Shown: positions 22,350 through 33,926, counted from the first letter of the stretch. The stretch is 64,000 nucleotides of DNA from a bacterium (GCA_963692865.2 OY843592.1:3552001-3616000); one strand, 5' to 3'. Translations and numbers: made by a program. Notes: generated by a model from the sequence alone, not told the origin.

Positions 22350-23534
22350 TTACGCGACGCGCTCCAGGACGACGGCCACCCCCTGGCCCCCGCCGATGCA
22401 GGCGCTCACGACGCCGAACTGCCCGCCTCGTTGTTCGAGCGCGCTCAGGCAGGTGGCGATAATCTTTCCTCCCGTCGCGCCCACCGGATGGCCGAGCGCG
22501 ATGGCGCCGCCGTGGACGTTCAGCTTCTTCCTGTCCCAATCGAGTTCGCGTTCACAGGCGATGACCTGGGCGGCGAACGCCTCGTTCACCTCGATCAGGT
22601 CCATATCATCGAGCGCGAGACCCGCGCGTTCGAGCGCCTTAGGCATAGCCGTTACGGGCCCCAGCCCCATGTAGCGGGGCTCCACGCCCGTCGAGGCGTA
22701 GCCGCGCAGGACGGCGATGGGCTTCGCGCCCAACTCGTCCGCCTTATCCCTGGACGCCAGCACGAGAGCGGAGGCCGCGTCCGCCTGGCAGCACGAATTG
22801 CCGGGAGTGACGGAGCCGTTCTTGTCGAAAACGGGCCTGAGCCTGCCGAGCTTTTCCATCGACATGCCGCTGCGCGGCGTCTCGTCCTTATCGAAGAGGG
22901 TTACCTCTCCCTTACGCCCCTTGAGTTCGATTGGCGCGATCTCCTCGTCGAACTTTCCGCCCTCGACGGCAGCGACGGCCTTCTCCTGGCTTTCGAGGGC
23001 GTACTCGTCCTGCTCCTCGCGGCTCAGGTTGTATTTCTCGACGAGATTCTCCGCCGTTACGCCCATAAGCTGTCCCGAGAGCGGATCCTCATAGCCGTCC
23101 TTGTAGATGAGGTCCAGAAACTGCGCGTGCCCGAATCGGTTCCCCCACCTCGCGCCCGGGTTCACGAACGGCACGTTGGAGGTGCTCTCCACGCCTCCGG
23201 CGAGGACGACATCCGCATCGCCCGCGCGAATCGCCTGCGCGGCCAGGGCGGCGGCCTTGATGCTGGAGCCGCAGCGCTTGTTGATGGTGTATGCGGGCGT
23301 CTCCTTGGGAAGCCCTGCGCCCACCGAGATAAGCCGCGCGGAATTGGGCCCCACTCCCGCCTGCCACCCGTGGCCGATGATGGTCTCGTCGAAATGTTCC
23401 GGCTCCACGCCCGATCTCTGGATAGCCTCGCGCGCGATTCGCACGCCCAACTCGGGCGCGGTCATGCCCCTGAGCGCGCCGCCGAAGGCTCCGCCCGGTG
23501 AGCGAACGCTGCTGAGAATGACGACTTCTTTCAT
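22350..23534 (-). CDS. Acetyl-CoA acetyltransferase (thiolase)
   Basis: NKRCGSS, EVNEAFAAQ, GHPVGATG, CIGGGQG. Confidence 0.95.
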   Translation of the reverse strand: MKEVVILSSVRSPGGAFGGALRGMTAPELGVRIAREAIQRSGVEPEHFDETIIGHGWQAGVGPNSARLISVGAGLPKETPAYTINKRCGSSIKAAALAAQAIRAGDADVVLAGGVESTSNVPFVNPGARWGNRFGHAQFLDLIYKDGYEDPLSGQLMGVTAENLVEKYNLSREEQDEYALESQEKAVAAVEGGKFDEEIAPIELKGRKGEVTLFDKDETPRSGMSMEKLGRLRPVFDKNGSVTPGNSCCQADAASALVLASRDKADELGAKPIAVLRGYASTGVEPRYMGLGPVTAMPKALERAGLALDDMDLIEVNEAFAAQVIACERELDWDRKKLNVHGGAIALGHPVGATGGKIIATCLSALEQRGGQFGVVSACIGGGQGVAVVLERVA

Positions 23535-23742
23535 ATAAGCCCTCAATTTTCAAAGAGATAAGAGTTCTCCGCCCCCGCGATACGCAAAACGAGGGTCGAA
23601 GAACCGAAACGTCTGAAATGGTATCTCCATGCGACAGGGATTCTTATGGCATACCTCGAACGCGATAGGCAAGGAATGACGCGCATCGAAACCGCACGGC
23701 GCATCGGGCGGCCCATGCGCGACCCATCCAGAAAGCAATGCG

Positions 23743-24708
23743 TTACCCCCGCAAATCCTCCAACAGTCTCAGGAAATCCGCCGGGGGTTCGGCCACCAAC
23801 TCCCGCTCATTCCCGTCGATGGGGTGGAGAAACTCCAGCCTGTGCGCGTGGAGGGCTTGTCTCTCGATGAGGCTCTTTTGACTCGATTCTCTTTTCTTGC
23901 GCGTCCCTTTCGGCAACCGACCCGGGCCGTAGACCGGATCGCCCAGGACGGGATGCCCGACGTGGTTCATGTGCACCCTGATCTGGTGCGTTCTGCCCGT
24001 CTCGAGCGTGACGGCCAGAAGCGACGCGTCTCCCAGCACCTCGCGGATTGCGTAGCGGGTCACCGCGCGGCGGCCGCCCGCGACGACCGCCATGGCCGTC
24101 CTGTGTGTGGGGTGGCGGCCGATGGGTGCGTCTATCGCGCCCTCTCCCTGCGGGGGGACGCCCCGCACGACCGCCAGATAGCGCCGGTGAATCCGGCGCG
24201 CCTTGAGATCGGCGGAGAGTCTCGCGTGGGCCGCGTCCGTTTTCGCCGCTATCAGCAGGCCGGAGGTGTCCTTGTCCAGCCGGTGGACGATGCCCGGCCT
24301 CTCCACCCCGCCGATGCCCGAAAGCTGCCCCCTGCAGTGATGCAGAAGAGCGGCGGCCAGGGTTCCCTTCCGCCGGCCCGCGCCGGGGTGGACCACCATG
24401 CCGGGCGGCTTGTTGATAACGAGCAGGTGCGCGTCCTCGTAGCGGACATCAAGCGCAATTTCTTCGGCCTCGATGTGGGAGGGCGCGGGAGGCGGCAGCG
24501 TCACCACGACGCGCGCGCCGCTCGGGAGGGCGTGCGCCGCCTTCCTCTCGATTCTCCCATCAACCGAGACCATGCCGTCCCGGATGAGCCCCTGCACGCG
24601 CGAGCGGGAGAGGTCTTCGAGGCTTTGGGCGAGAAACGCATCGACCCGCCTGGCGCCTTCATGGCAGGTCAGCGTAAAGGTCTTTTCACTCCCCTTCGCC
24701 ATACTCAT
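23743..24708 (-). CDS. rluD: RluA/RluD family pseudouridine synthase
   Basis: S4-like N-terminus, NKPPGMVVHP, HRLDKDTSG, TGRTHQIRVH. Near lspA. Confidence 0.85.
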   Translation of the reverse strand: MSMAKGSEKTFTLTCHEGARRVDAFLAQSLEDLSRSRVQGLIRDGMVSVDGRIERKAAHALPSGARVVVTLPPPAPSHIEAEEIALDVRYEDAHLLVINKPPGMVVHPGAGRRKGTLAAALLHHCRGQLSGIGGVERPGIVHRLDKDTSGLLIAAKTDAAHARLSADLKARRIHRRYLAVVRGVPPQGEGAIDAPIGRHPTHRTAMAVVAGGRRAVTRYAIREVLGDASLLAVTLETGRTHQIRVHMNHVGHPVLGDPVYGPGRLPKGTRKKRESSQKSLIERQALHAHRLEFLHPIDGNERELVAEPPADFLRLLEDLRG

Positions 24709-25247
24709 ACCTTGACGAGGGAGTCGATGACTCGGGTTCTCGCATATATCGTCCCCCGGACCTGATCGCCCGGCGCCAGCAGCTCGTGGTAGCCCTGCGC
24801 GGCCAGGAACCAGCCTTCCTTGATGATTTTCCCGCTCCCGAGCGTCAGCGGGCGCATGCCCACGCCGCGAACGATTCTGAGATGATACTTCTCTTCCAGG
24901 AAAGCCAGTTTGTTCCAGAAGATATAGGAAGCTTTGGACGCGACGCGGCCCTCGAATTCCACCGGTTCGTCCATCAGGTCTCTGAGCGCGCGCGTGATTC
25001 TCCAGAACGAATAGGCGAGAAAAACGCCCAGAACAGATGCGGCGGCGTAGAAGAGCGTCTCATCCCGGATCGGGCGCTGCGCAAACAGGTAACCCAGACC
25101 CGAAATACACACCAGAGAAACCACGCCCCAGAAAATGGAAGTGTTCCACAGATAATGGCGCGCATATCCGCGCGCCCTGGTCGCCGAGCCTATGGAGGGA
25201 TTGTTCCGACTCGCATGCGTCCCCGAGAAGGGAAACGGCCCCAGCAT
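24705..25247 (-). CDS. Hypothetical membrane protein (2 predicted TM segments)
   Basis: GGAGGGG RBS before ATG 25247, two hydrophobic stretches, stop overlaps the rluD start. Confidence 0.6.
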   Translation of the reverse strand: MLGPFPFSGTHASRNNPSIGSATRARGYARHYLWNTSIFWGVVSLVCISGLGYLFAQRPIRDETLFYAAASVLGVFLAYSFWRITRALRDLMDEPVEFEGRVASKASYIFWNKLAFLEEKYHLRIVRGVGMRPLTLGSGKIIKEGWFLAAQGYHELLAPGDQVRGTIYARTRVIDSLVKV

Positions 25248-25297
25248 TTCCACCCCTCCGAAAGCGATTCCGCCGCATGTGAAACCGGCGATTGTCC

Positions 25298-25807
25298 TTA
25301 CCCGCCTTCCCGCGTCGATACGGTCTCGGCCGGATTCCGCAGGAGATCGAATATCATCAGGCCGACCCCGACCGTGATGCCTGAGTCCGCCAGGTTGAAC
25401 GCGGGCCAATGGTATTGTCCGTAATAGAACAGCAGGTAATCGATCACTTCTCCATAAGCGACCCTGTCGACGAGATTTCCCAGTCCGCCGCCGAAAACGA
25501 GAATCATGCCCGCTTTCGCCCAGAGGTTTCCCGGCGAATGCGTGCGGTAGAGATAGAGGACGAACGCCAGGGCCGCCAAGGTGGCGCAGATGAAGAAAAG
25601 ACGCCCCCACAGGGGAGGCAGGCCGTCGAGAATGCTGAACGCCCCGCCTGGATTTCTCAAATAAACGAGATGGAAAAAACCCGGAATCACGGCCATCGAG
25701 TCGCCCAAGGCGAAGGATTTATCGACGATTTGCTTGATCGCCTGATCGGCCAGGGCGAAGAGAGCAGCGATGAGAAAAAACGGTTTGAGCGCAGGCCTTC
25801 GGCTCAC
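25298..25807 (-). CDS. lspA: Lipoprotein signal peptidase
   Basis: [36 protein letters not shown] overlap with ileS. Confidence 0.95.
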   Translation of the reverse strand: MSRRPALKPFFLIAALFALADQAIKQIVDKSFALGDSMAVIPGFFHLVYLRNPGGAFSILDGLPPLWGRLFFICATLAALAFVLYLYRTHSPGNLWAKAGMILVFGGGLGNLVDRVAYGEVIDYLLFYYGQYHWPAFNLADSGITVGVGLMIFDLLRNPAETVSTREGG

Positions 25808-28659
25808 GAAAGCACCTTCGCGGCGATCTGGGCGCAGCGCGCGGAGAGGTCGGGGAAGCGGGGGTCCGAGCCCACGTCTTCGGAGATTTTCCAGGACATG
25901 GCGCACTTCGCTCCCCGCGCCTCGCTCACCTCGACGGCCAGACCCTCCACCTCCTCGCTGCGGTAGGCATCGCCCGAGGGCGCCTCGCCCGCGCCTGCGA
26001 GCGCGGCTCCAGAGACGATAAACACGTCTTCCATCTCGGGTTCGAGAACCGCCAGCTTCTCGCGCATATTATCTTCGGCGAAGAGCCTCACGCTGAAGTT
26101 GAGCGAGCTCCCCTTGCCCTTCTCCTGGCTCTGGCGGACGAGTTCGAGTGCCTTTAACACCTCGCCCCGCGCGCGCATGAGCGGCTCCCACCGCTCTTCC
26201 AGCGCCTCGTCGCGCCGCGCGGCGTCGGCCTCGGGCAGGGACGCCAGGTGGATGCTCTCGCCGTGTAGTTTCGGCGTCAGTTGATAGGCCTCTTCCGCCG
26301 TGAAGGGCAGGATGGGCGCCATCATCCTGAGCAGCGCGTCCAGAACGTCGTGCATGGTGCTGACGCCCGACACCCTGTCCACGTCGTCGGGCAGCGAGAT
26401 GTAGAGCCTGTCCTTGAGCACGTCGAGATAGAACGAGGACAAATCGACCGCGCAGAAATTGTTGAGCGCGTGGTATACGGCGTGGAATTCATAATCGGCG
26501 TAGGCCTGCCGCACGCGCTCGACGAGCCTGTCTAGGCGGCCGATGACGAGCCTGTCGATCTCCATGCGCTCGGACAGCGGAACGGCGTCCTGCCCGGGGT
26601 CGAAACTCTCATAGTCCCTCAGATTGCCCAGCAGGAAGCGGCACGTGTTTCTCATCCGGCGGTAGGCCTCCGCCATGCGGTCCAGAATCTGCGGGGAGAT
26701 GCGGATGTCTTCCCTGTAATTCTCCCCCGCCACCCAGAGCCTTAATATCTCAGCGCCGTATTTCTTGATGATCTCCTCGGGCGCAATCGTGTTCCCCAGG
26801 GATTTGCTCATCTTCTTGCCCCTACCGTCCACCACGTAGCCGTGGGTGAGCACTTCGCGGTAGGGCGCGGCGTCCCTCACGCCGACGGCGGCGAGCAGGG
26901 AGCTGTGGAACCAGCCCCGGTGCTGATCGCTGCCTTCGAGATACATGTCCGAAGGCCAGGTCAACTCCTCTCTTTTCTCCAGGACGGCCGCCTGGCTCAC
27001 GCCCGAGTCGAACCACACGTCTAAAATGTCGGTCTCTTTCCTGAAAGACGCGCCGCCGCATTTGGGGCAGGTGAAACCTGGCGGCAGAAGATCGGCGGGC
27101 TGTCTCTCGAACCAGACGTCCGCGCCGCCTTCTTCCATCAGATCGGCCACGCGGTGCGCCACCTCCGCGTCCACGACGACATGGGCGCACCCCTCGCAAT
27201 GGAAGGCCACGATGGGCACTCCCCAGGAGCGCTGACGCGAGATGCACCAATCCGGCCTGTTCTCGATCATCCCGTAGATGCGCTCCTCGCCCCAGGGCGG
27301 CACCCAGGCGACCTTTCGAATCTCCTCCAGCGAGCGCTTTCTCAGATCGCCGTGCTCCATCGAGATGAACCACTGCGGCGTAGCCCGGAAGATGGTCGGC
27401 CTGTGGCTGCGCCAGTCGTGCGGATAAGGGTGGGTGTAATCCTCGACCGCGAACAGACGGCCCGATTCGCGCAGGTGCGCGATGATGTTCGGGTCCGCAT
27501 CGAAGACGAACTGCCCGGCGAAATGCGCCACGTCGTCGGTGAATTTCCCGTCATCCGCTATGGGGCTGTAGACTTCGAGGCCGTATTTGAGGCCGGTCTC
27601 GTAATCCTCGCGCCCGTGGCCGGGGGCGGTGTGCACGACGCCCGTTCCCTGATCGAGGGTGACGTAATCGGCCTTCACGACGAGCGAATCGCGCTCCACC
27701 CAGGGATGCCGCGCGCGCAAGCCCTCGATTTCACCCCCCCGAAAGCCCGCCACCTTCTCGAAGGCGGCGCTCGCGCCTTCTTTTTCGGCCAGCGATTTTA
27801 ACTGAGGCAGGAAATGCTCGTGAAATATCAGCAACTCATCCCCATGACGGAATACGCCGTATTCAAGCGTTTCACTGAACGCCAGCGCCAGGTTGGCGGG
27901 CAGCGTCCAGGGCGTCGTCGTCCAGATGAGAACGCTCACCGGGCGGCCTCCCGCGGCCTCGCCCAAGCCGGGAATCTTCTCCGTCCAGCCGGGGAGTTGA
28001 TCGTCTGCGACGGGGAACTTCACGTAGATGCTCGGCGTGGTGACGTCCTCATACTCCACTTCGGCCTCGGCCAGCGCGGTCCTCAAACCCGGCGCCCAGT
28101 GCACGGGCTTCAGACCCAGATACACGCCGCCCCGTTCGATGAAGCGCGCCAGCTCGCGCACCGTGGCCGCTTCGTAGTCGTAGCTCATGGTGAGATATGG
28201 CCGCTCCCAGTCGCCGAAGACGCCCAGGCGCTTGAACTCATCCCTTTGGATGTCGATGTATTTCTCGGCGTATTCGCGGCACATCCTGCGCTTCTGCACC
28301 TCGTCGATTTCGAAGCGCTTGCGGCCGAGTTCCTTGTCCACCTGATGCTCGATGGGCAGCCCGTGGCAATCCCACCCCGGCACGTAGACGGCGTCGAAGC
28401 CGGCCATCTGCTTCGATTTCACCACCACGTCCTTCAGAATCTTGTTCAGCACCGTGCCCAGGTGGATATGCCCGTTCGCGTAGGGGGGGCCGTCGTGAAG
28501 GATGTATTTCACCCGGCCCTGCGACGCGTCCCTGATCTTCTCGTAAACCTCCTGCGCCTCCCAGGCTTCGAGCATCTGCGGCTCGCGCTGCGGCAGGTTC
28601 CCCTTCATGGGAAACGAGGTCTTGGGCAGGTTCAGGAGTTCCTTGTAGTTCGTCGTCAT
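25804..28659 (-). CDS. ileS: Isoleucine--tRNA ligase
   Basis: [35 protein letters not shown]. Confidence 0.98.
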   Translation of the reverse strand: MTTNYKELLNLPKTSFPMKGNLPQREPQMLEAWEAQEVYEKIRDASQGRVKYILHDGPPYANGHIHLGTVLNKILKDVVVKSKQMAGFDAVYVPGWDCHGLPIEHQVDKELGRKRFEIDEVQKRRMCREYAEKYIDIQRDEFKRLGVFGDWERPYLTMSYDYEAATVRELARFIERGGVYLGLKPVHWAPGLRTALAEAEVEYEDVTTPSIYVKFPVADDQLPGWTEKIPGLGEAAGGRPVSVLIWTTTPWTLPANLALAFSETLEYGVFRHGDELLIFHEHFLPQLKSLAEKEGASAAFEKVAGFRGGEIEGLRARHPWVERDSLVVKADYVTLDQGTGVVHTAPGHGREDYETGLKYGLEVYSPIADDGKFTDDVAHFAGQFVFDADPNIIAHLRESGRLFAVEDYTHPYPHDWRSHRPTIFRATPQWFISMEHGDLRKRSLEEIRKVAWVPPWGEERIYGMIENRPDWCISRQRSWGVPIVAFHCEGCAHVVVDAEVAHRVADLMEEGGADVWFERQPADLLPPGFTCPKCGGASFRKETDILDVWFDSGVSQAAVLEKREELTWPSDMYLEGSDQHRGWFHSSLLAAVGVRDAAPYREVLTHGYVVDGRGKKMSKSLGNTIAPEEIIKKYGAEILRLWVAGENYREDIRISPQILDRMAEAYRRMRNTCRFLLGNLRDYESFDPGQDAVPLSERMEIDRLVIGRLDRLVERVRQAYADYEFHAVYHALNNFCAVDLSSFYLDVLKDRLYISLPDDVDRVSGVSTMHDVLDALLRMMAPILPFTAEEAYQLTPKLHGESIHLASLPEADAARRDEALEERWEPLMRARGEVLKALELVRQSQEKGKGSSLNFSVRLFAEDNMREKLAVLEPEMEDVFIVSGAALAGAGEAPSGDAYRSEEVEGLAVEVSEARGAKCAMSWKISEDVGSDPRFPDLSARCAQIAAKVLS

Positions 28660-28677
28660 TTTTCTCTCATTCAACCT

Positions 28678-29700
28678 CTACGCTTGATTCACCGCCGATA
28701 CGGGCGCGGCGGGTATGCCCGCCGCCTCCCTCACGAGACGCATCGTCTTTTGCGCCTCCGCCCTGGCCTTGGCGCCGCCTTCGGCCAGAACGCCTTCCAC
28801 GTAGCCGACATCCTGCTCCAGGCGTTTTCGCTCCTCCCGATACGGCGCGAAATACGCATCCATCTTCTCGAAGAGAATCTGCTTCGCGTTGCCGTAGCCG
28901 AAGCCGGGCGTCCGGTATTTGTCTCTTAAATCCTCCTGTTCCGCCTCGTTCGCAAAGAGTTGGTACAGGGCGAACACGTTGCAGGCGTCGGGGTCCTTGG
29001 GTTCTTCGAGCGGGGTGGAGTCGGTGACGATGGACATCACGCGCTTTCTCAAGCGTTTGCCCTCCTCGAATATCTCAATCGTGTTGCCGTAACTCTTGCT
29101 CATCTTCTGGCCGTCGAGGCCCGGCACCCTGGCCCCTGCGTCGAGCCTGACGGCGGGCAGGGGGAAGATTTCCCCATAGGCGCTGTTGAAGGCCAGCGCC
29201 ATGTCCCGCGTCATTTCGAGGTGCTGCACCTGGTCTTCTCCCACGGGCACGACCGTGGAGCGGTAGATGAGTATGTCGGCGGCCATGAGCATCGGGTAAT
29301 AGTAAAGCCCCATCGAGGGGGTGATGCCCCGCGCCACCTTGTCCTTGAACGACGTGGCGCGGTCCAGAAGCCCCTTTCCCGTGACGGCGGAGAGCATCCA
29401 GGCGAGTTCGTTCACCTCGGGCACGTCGGACTGGCGGAAGAAGACCGCCTTTTCGGGGTCCAGCCCCAATGCGAGATAGTCCATCGCCACGGCAAGCGTC
29501 TGCTCCGCCAGCAAATCCCTGTCCTGCACCGTCGTCATGGCGTGGTAGTTCGCGATGAAGTAGAAGGCCTCGGCCTCGTCCTGGAGCGCGATGTGCTGTT
29601 TGAGGGCGCCGAAATAGTTGCCCAGATGCAGTTTCCCCGAGGGCTGCACGCCGGAGAGAAACCGCGTCGGCCGGTTCTTCTCGTTTTGGCTGTCCGTCAT
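28678..29700 (-). CDS. trpS: Tryptophan--tRNA ligase
   Basis: SGVQPSGKLHLGNY, YPMLMAADIL, VPVGEDQ, KMSKS. Confidence 0.97.
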   Translation of the reverse strand: MTDSQNEKNRPTRFLSGVQPSGKLHLGNYFGALKQHIALQDEAEAFYFIANYHAMTTVQDRDLLAEQTLAVAMDYLALGLDPEKAVFFRQSDVPEVNELAWMLSAVTGKGLLDRATSFKDKVARGITPSMGLYYYPMLMAADILIYRSTVVPVGEDQVQHLEMTRDMALAFNSAYGEIFPLPAVRLDAGARVPGLDGQKMSKSYGNTIEIFEEGKRLRKRVMSIVTDSTPLEEPKDPDACNVFALYQLFANEAEQEDLRDKYRTPGFGYGNAKQILFEKMDAYFAPYREERKRLEQDVGYVEGVLAEGGAKARAEAQKTMRLVREAAGIPAAPVSAVNQA

Positions 29701-29737
29701 CCAAGTTTCCTTCATCCGCACGCAGGCAAGAAACCCG

Positions 29738-30409
29738 CTACGCCAAACCGAAGATTCTGAGAAGATTTAACACAAAAACCCCTTCGACCCTAACCAGAAC
29801 GACGAAAATCGGCATCATGATCTTGTGGAAAACGCCCAGCAGCAGCAAGCCCAGCACGATGAAGAACCCGAACGGCTCGCTGCGCGAGTATTGCCACGCC
29901 AGTCTTCTGGGCAAAAGCCCCATGACGACCCGCCCCCCGTCGAAGGGGAGGATGGGGATCAGGTTGAACGCAGCGAGCGCGGTGTTGATGGTGAAGCTCG
30001 CCTGCAGCATCAACGTGAGCGGCTCGCCCACGAAGGTGTAGCCCAGGCCCGAGCCGCGCAGCAGAGAAAACAGAAAACCGCTGATGATCGCCAGGATGAA
30101 GTTCGTCGCCGGTCCCGCGAGGGCCACCCACATCATCCCGCGCCTCGGGTGATGGAAATTGCGCGGGTCCACCGGCACGGGCTTCGCCCAGCCGAAACCC
30201 ACGCCCCCCACCATGGAGACGACGAAGGCGAGCGTCCCCAGCGGGTCGAGATGCACGATGGGGTTCAGGCTCAGGCGGCCCAGCATGCGCGCGGTGTTGT
30301 CGCCCAGCTTGTCGGCCATCCAGCCGTGCGCCACCTCGTGAAAGGTGAGCGCGAGCAGAATCGCCGGCACCGCGATCAGCAACTGCTGGATGAAATCCGA
30401 GGAGAACAA
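29738..30409 (-). CDS. Site-2 protease (M50) family metalloprotease
   Basis: HEVAH, GWAKPVP, AGP, NLIPILPFDG. Confidence 0.92.
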   Translation of the reverse strand: MFSSDFIQQLLIAVPAILLALTFHEVAHGWMADKLGDNTARMLGRLSLNPIVHLDPLGTLAFVVSMVGGVGFGWAKPVPVDPRNFHHPRRGMMWVALAGPATNFILAIISGFLFSLLRGSGLGYTFVGEPLTLMLQASFTINTALAAFNLIPILPFDGGRVVMGLLPRRLAWQYSRSEPFGFFIVLGLLLLGVFHKIMMPIFVVLVRVEGVFVLNLLRIFGLA

Positions 30410-30568
30410 GGCAGTCCCTTACCCCGTCAAGAGAGGCGACAATGAACGGGCGACGTGAACCTTGAAACCTACAAAACCAGGCGCCTCACGCCGCGAACCC
30501 GCCGGATTCTAGGGGCTTAGGCGAAGAGGGTCAAACCCGCGGCGCGCCGTGAAACACACGTCCCGCGG

Positions 30569-31123
30569 CTATCTCGCCTCGCCGAACGAATCGTAGAAGA
30601 AAATCTCGGCGGGGTCCTTGCGCGCGGGCGGCTTGTTGTCCTTGGCCTGCACGTCGGGATGCAGGTCTTCGGTCTTGCCCGGATACCCCACGGCGAAGAG
30701 CGCCGCGACGCGGAACGGCTCGGGGATGCCGAAGCTCTCCAGCACCTTCGGCTCGTCCCACCCCGCCATGGCGTGGACGGTCAGCCCGAAATCGCTGCCC
30801 TGGAGCAGGAGATTCTCAAGCGCCATGCCGACGTCGAGCAGGTAGCGTTGCTGCCCGAAACGCTCGGGCTGCTCCTCGGGGTTACCGAGGATGATCATCT
30901 TGAGCGGGGCCGCGGCCGCCCACTGGCGGTTCCCCTCGTTCAGGCATTCGTTGAACTTCGCCTGCGCCTCTTCTGATTCCACGACGATGACGCGCCAGGG
31001 CTGGCGGTTGTTCGAGGACGGCGCCCAGCGGAACGCCTCCAGCATGGCTTCGAGCTTCTCTGCCTCGGGCGGCACGCCGTTGAAGGCGCGCAGGCTTCTT
31101 CTGTTCTTGATGAGCGGGTGCAT
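30569..31123 (-). CDS. Nitroreductase family protein
   Basis: RRSLRAF, APSSNNRQPW, AVGYP. Confidence 0.92.
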   Translation of the reverse strand: MHPLIKNRRSLRAFNGVPPEAEKLEAMLEAFRWAPSSNNRQPWRVIVVESEEAQAKFNECLNEGNRQWAAAAPLKMIILGNPEEQPERFGQQRYLLDVGMALENLLLQGSDFGLTVHAMAGWDEPKVLESFGIPEPFRVAALFAVGYPGKTEDLHPDVQAKDNKPPARKDPAEIFFYDSFGEAR

Positions 31124-31476
31124 CCGTTACTTCCCTCCCTGGGAAAAAGAATTATTGCGAGAACAACACAGCTATTTATACCGAACACGAATTGCAGACA
31201 ACTTCTTCATCAATCTCATCGACCATATATTTCAATTTCACTTTGCTAGACATCAATACGAATCGATGCCTATATTAAACGCAACATAGCCACCACGCCT
31301 CTCTCAATGATGCTCCTTGATGATGCGGACCTTGGTGGCTTTTTTTCTTGAGTGTTGGACGTGTTAATGCTTGCAACCTACTAAAAAGAGTTACTGTCAA
31401 ATCCGGTGTAAGGACTAAATTGAAAAAAGCGGCGTATTCTATAGTTTGGCAAAATGAATAGCTCATACTGACGAAT

Positions 31477-32040
31477 TCAACTTTGGCGCTCGGAAGCCAT
31501 AAGTTGAAATACCCCTTGAAGATTGCCGACATACGCTTTCAGCGTATCGTTCAGAAGTCTGAGTGGAGGCGGCAGAAACACGACCAGCCTCCATTCCCTT
31601 TCATAGGCGTAACACGCAGGCTTGGCGTAGTGTTTGCGATTCCAGTCTTCTAATGGACTCGGAACTGATTCGAGTTCTTCCTTTTTGTCATATTCAACCC
31701 GGCGCCAATCGATACTGGTCCCCTCCGGAAACCGGCACACAATGCGATTCCGCAATTCGTCCGGATGCATCACCTTCAAAACGATGGGGCCGAATTTTTC
31801 TTTTAAAGGCAACTCACTAAAACTCAGAATGAATGCCGGAAAAATAGGATTTTTGTCACCGACGTCATGATGCAGTATTTCGCCGACCCTGTAAGATCCT
31901 ATTCCTTCCATAGGATCGCGGCCCGATCCTTCTTTCTCCCGAAAATATTTTAACGACCGGAACCACAGAATTCCGTCAAGATGGTTTCTCATGGCTGCCT
32001 CACACTTAAGTGCTCGGTAAAGCGTCGGGATGCTCGTCAT
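31477..32040 (-). CDS. Hypothetical protein, DUF2971-like
   Basis: Lower GC. DPMEG, LSFS, VEY and K..CYAYEREWR pattern resemble DUF2971. Confidence 0.55.
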   Translation of the reverse strand: MTSIPTLYRALKCEAAMRNHLDGILWFRSLKYFREKEGSGRDPMEGIGSYRVGEILHHDVGDKNPIFPAFILSFSELPLKEKFGPIVLKVMHPDELRNRIVCRFPEGTSIDWRRVEYDKKEELESVPSPLEDWNRKHYAKPACYAYEREWRLVVFLPPPLRLLNDTLKAYVGNLQGVFQLMASERQS

Positions 32041-32277
32041 TCAGCAGCTCTCTTCGGAATAAAGTTTGGAACAGAGTACACATTGCGATTTTTGAGTATT
32101 GAGGCAAGCATCCACATTGGGAGGCAATTCAATTGATGATTGCCAGAATCATGACTTAAAACACAGCCAAACATGTTTCACTATCCAAAAACAACAGTAA
32201 ACCCCTGTGGGAGCGTCCAGTATGATTCCACATTTTAGCCACATATTGTAGTCAAACTAAGATTCAGCCAGAAGTAT

Positions 32278-33105
32278 TCATTCACAACCCTCGAACCGCG
32301 CGTCGCGCCAGGCGACGGCGGCGCGAAGACCCTCGGTTCGCGCGATTTCGAGGAAGCGGGCCTTGTCCTCCGTTCCCCTGCCCTCGATCATGAGGTCCAG
32401 ATCGAGCGCGGCCTCGAGCGCGCGGCCCATCCCCATGATCTCATACGCGCGGTTGAGCGCCAGCTTGGTGGCGCGCAAGAGGCCCTGGTCCACAAGCGTC
32501 ATCTTCTCCGCCAGGGAGAGGGCCGTATCGAGCACCTGGGCTTCGGGCACCACCCGGTTCACCAGCCCGATGCGATGGGCCTCAGCCGCCGGAATCCCGT
32601 CCTCCCCCGTCAGGATGATCTCCTTCGCCAGCTTGGGGTTGGTGAGCCAGGGCAGGAGCATGACGACGATCCCCGCGCCGAACTTGAGCTCGGGCTCGCC
32701 GAACACGGCGTCTTCCGCCGCCACGGTGACGTCACACGCCAGCGCAAGCTCGCATCCCCCGGCCAGGGCATGCCCGCGAACGGCGGCGATAGTGGGTTTG
32801 GCGAGATTCCAGAAGCGCATGACGGCGTCGAAATCCTGCCTGAGCGCGCGCCGCCACTCGGCGTAGCCGACCGGCGTGTTCTCCGCCTGTTCTTTCAAGT
32901 CGAACCCTGAGGAGAACGACTTGCCCTCCCCCGTGAGGACGGCGACGAATATGGCATCCTCCGCCTCGATGAAATCGCAAGCCTCGTTCAACTCGCGCAG
33001 CATGACGCGGTTCATGGCGTTCAGCCGCTCGGGACGGTTCAGGCTAACGAGCGCGACATGGCTGTGCGCCTCGAACAACAGCGTCTCGAAAGCGGGTGTG
33101 TTCAT
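32278..33105 (-). CDS. Enoyl-CoA hydratase/isomerase family protein
   Basis: LNRPERLNA, FSSGFDL, GHALAGGCELALACD, FGEPE. Confidence 0.93.
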   Translation of the reverse strand: MNTPAFETLLFEAHSHVALVSLNRPERLNAMNRVMLRELNEACDFIEAEDAIFVAVLTGEGKSFSSGFDLKEQAENTPVGYAEWRRALRQDFDAVMRFWNLAKPTIAAVRGHALAGGCELALACDVTVAAEDAVFGEPELKFGAGIVVMLLPWLTNPKLAKEIILTGEDGIPAAEAHRIGLVNRVVPEAQVLDTALSLAEKMTLVDQGLLRATKLALNRAYEIMGMGRALEAALDLDLMIEGRGTEDKARFLEIARTEGLRAAVAWRDARFEGCE

Positions 33106-33926
33106 CAGGTTTTATTCCTCGACAGAAACGCCAGAATCGCCGCAGCGGAGGCTTCCGGGCGTTCGGAGTAGAAATGGTGGCCCGTATTCTCGACGATTAC
33201 GAGCTCCGCCCCCGGAATCCGCCCGGCCATGAGCCTTGAATTCTCCGTAGGCACGAGAACGTCGGCCTCGCCCGAGATGACGAGCGTGGGCAAGTTCAGA
33301 TTCCTCACCTCTTCTGAAACGTCGAACGCCGCCATTCCCTGGTTGCGCCTTTCAATCTCCTCTTTGCTGATGGGAAAGCGGCGCTTGAAGCCGTCGTAGA
33401 AGGCGACTACCTCGGGGCGTTCGTCAATCGTCTCGGGATGGAAGAGCGTCTCCAGGGCCGCCCGGCGTTCCTCTTCCGTGGCGTCGGGCGCGCCGCCACG
33501 CGCGCGCGTCTCGCGAACGCCCGGAACGGGCGCGACCTTGTCGGCTCCTCCGAAGTGAGAACACGCGACGATGAGGCTTTTTAGTCTATGGGGGTGTTTC
33601 ACCGCGAAGGAGAGCGCGATGGTCCCGCCGTAGGAACCGCCCATGAGATGAAACGAGTCGAGACCGAGACCGTCAACCAATCCCAGGAGGTCTTCCGCCA
33701 TGCGCGCAGGCGCGCGGTCGCCGTCGTCATGATGCGCCTTCGTCCTGCCCGTCCCCCGGTTGTCCGGCATGACGAGGCGGTAATCCGCGGCGAGAAGCCC
33801 GCGCAACTTCCCCCAGACCTCCACCGTGGCCGTCAGGCCGCCCACCATCACCAAAGGCTCGCCCGCGCCTTCTTCTTCGTAATAAATTTCGAGCTTTCCG
33901 CGGCTCTCGACTTCCAGCGTCGCCAC
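33105..33926 (-). CDS. Alpha/beta hydrolase
   Basis: DNRGTG, GGSYGG nucleophile elbow, GEADVL, TGHH. Confidence 0.88.
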   Translation of the reverse strand: MATLEVESRGKLEIYYEEEGAGEPLVMVGGLTATVEVWGKLRGLLAADYRLVMPDNRGTGRTKAHHDDGDRAPARMAEDLLGLVDGLGLDSFHLMGGSYGGTIALSFAVKHPHRLKSLIVACSHFGGADKVAPVPGVRETRARGGAPDATEEERRAALETLFHPETIDERPEVVAFYDGFKRRFPISKEEIERRNQGMAAFDVSEEVRNLNLPTLVISGEADVLVPTENSRLMAGRIPGAELVIVENTGHHFYSERPEASAAAILAFLSRNKT

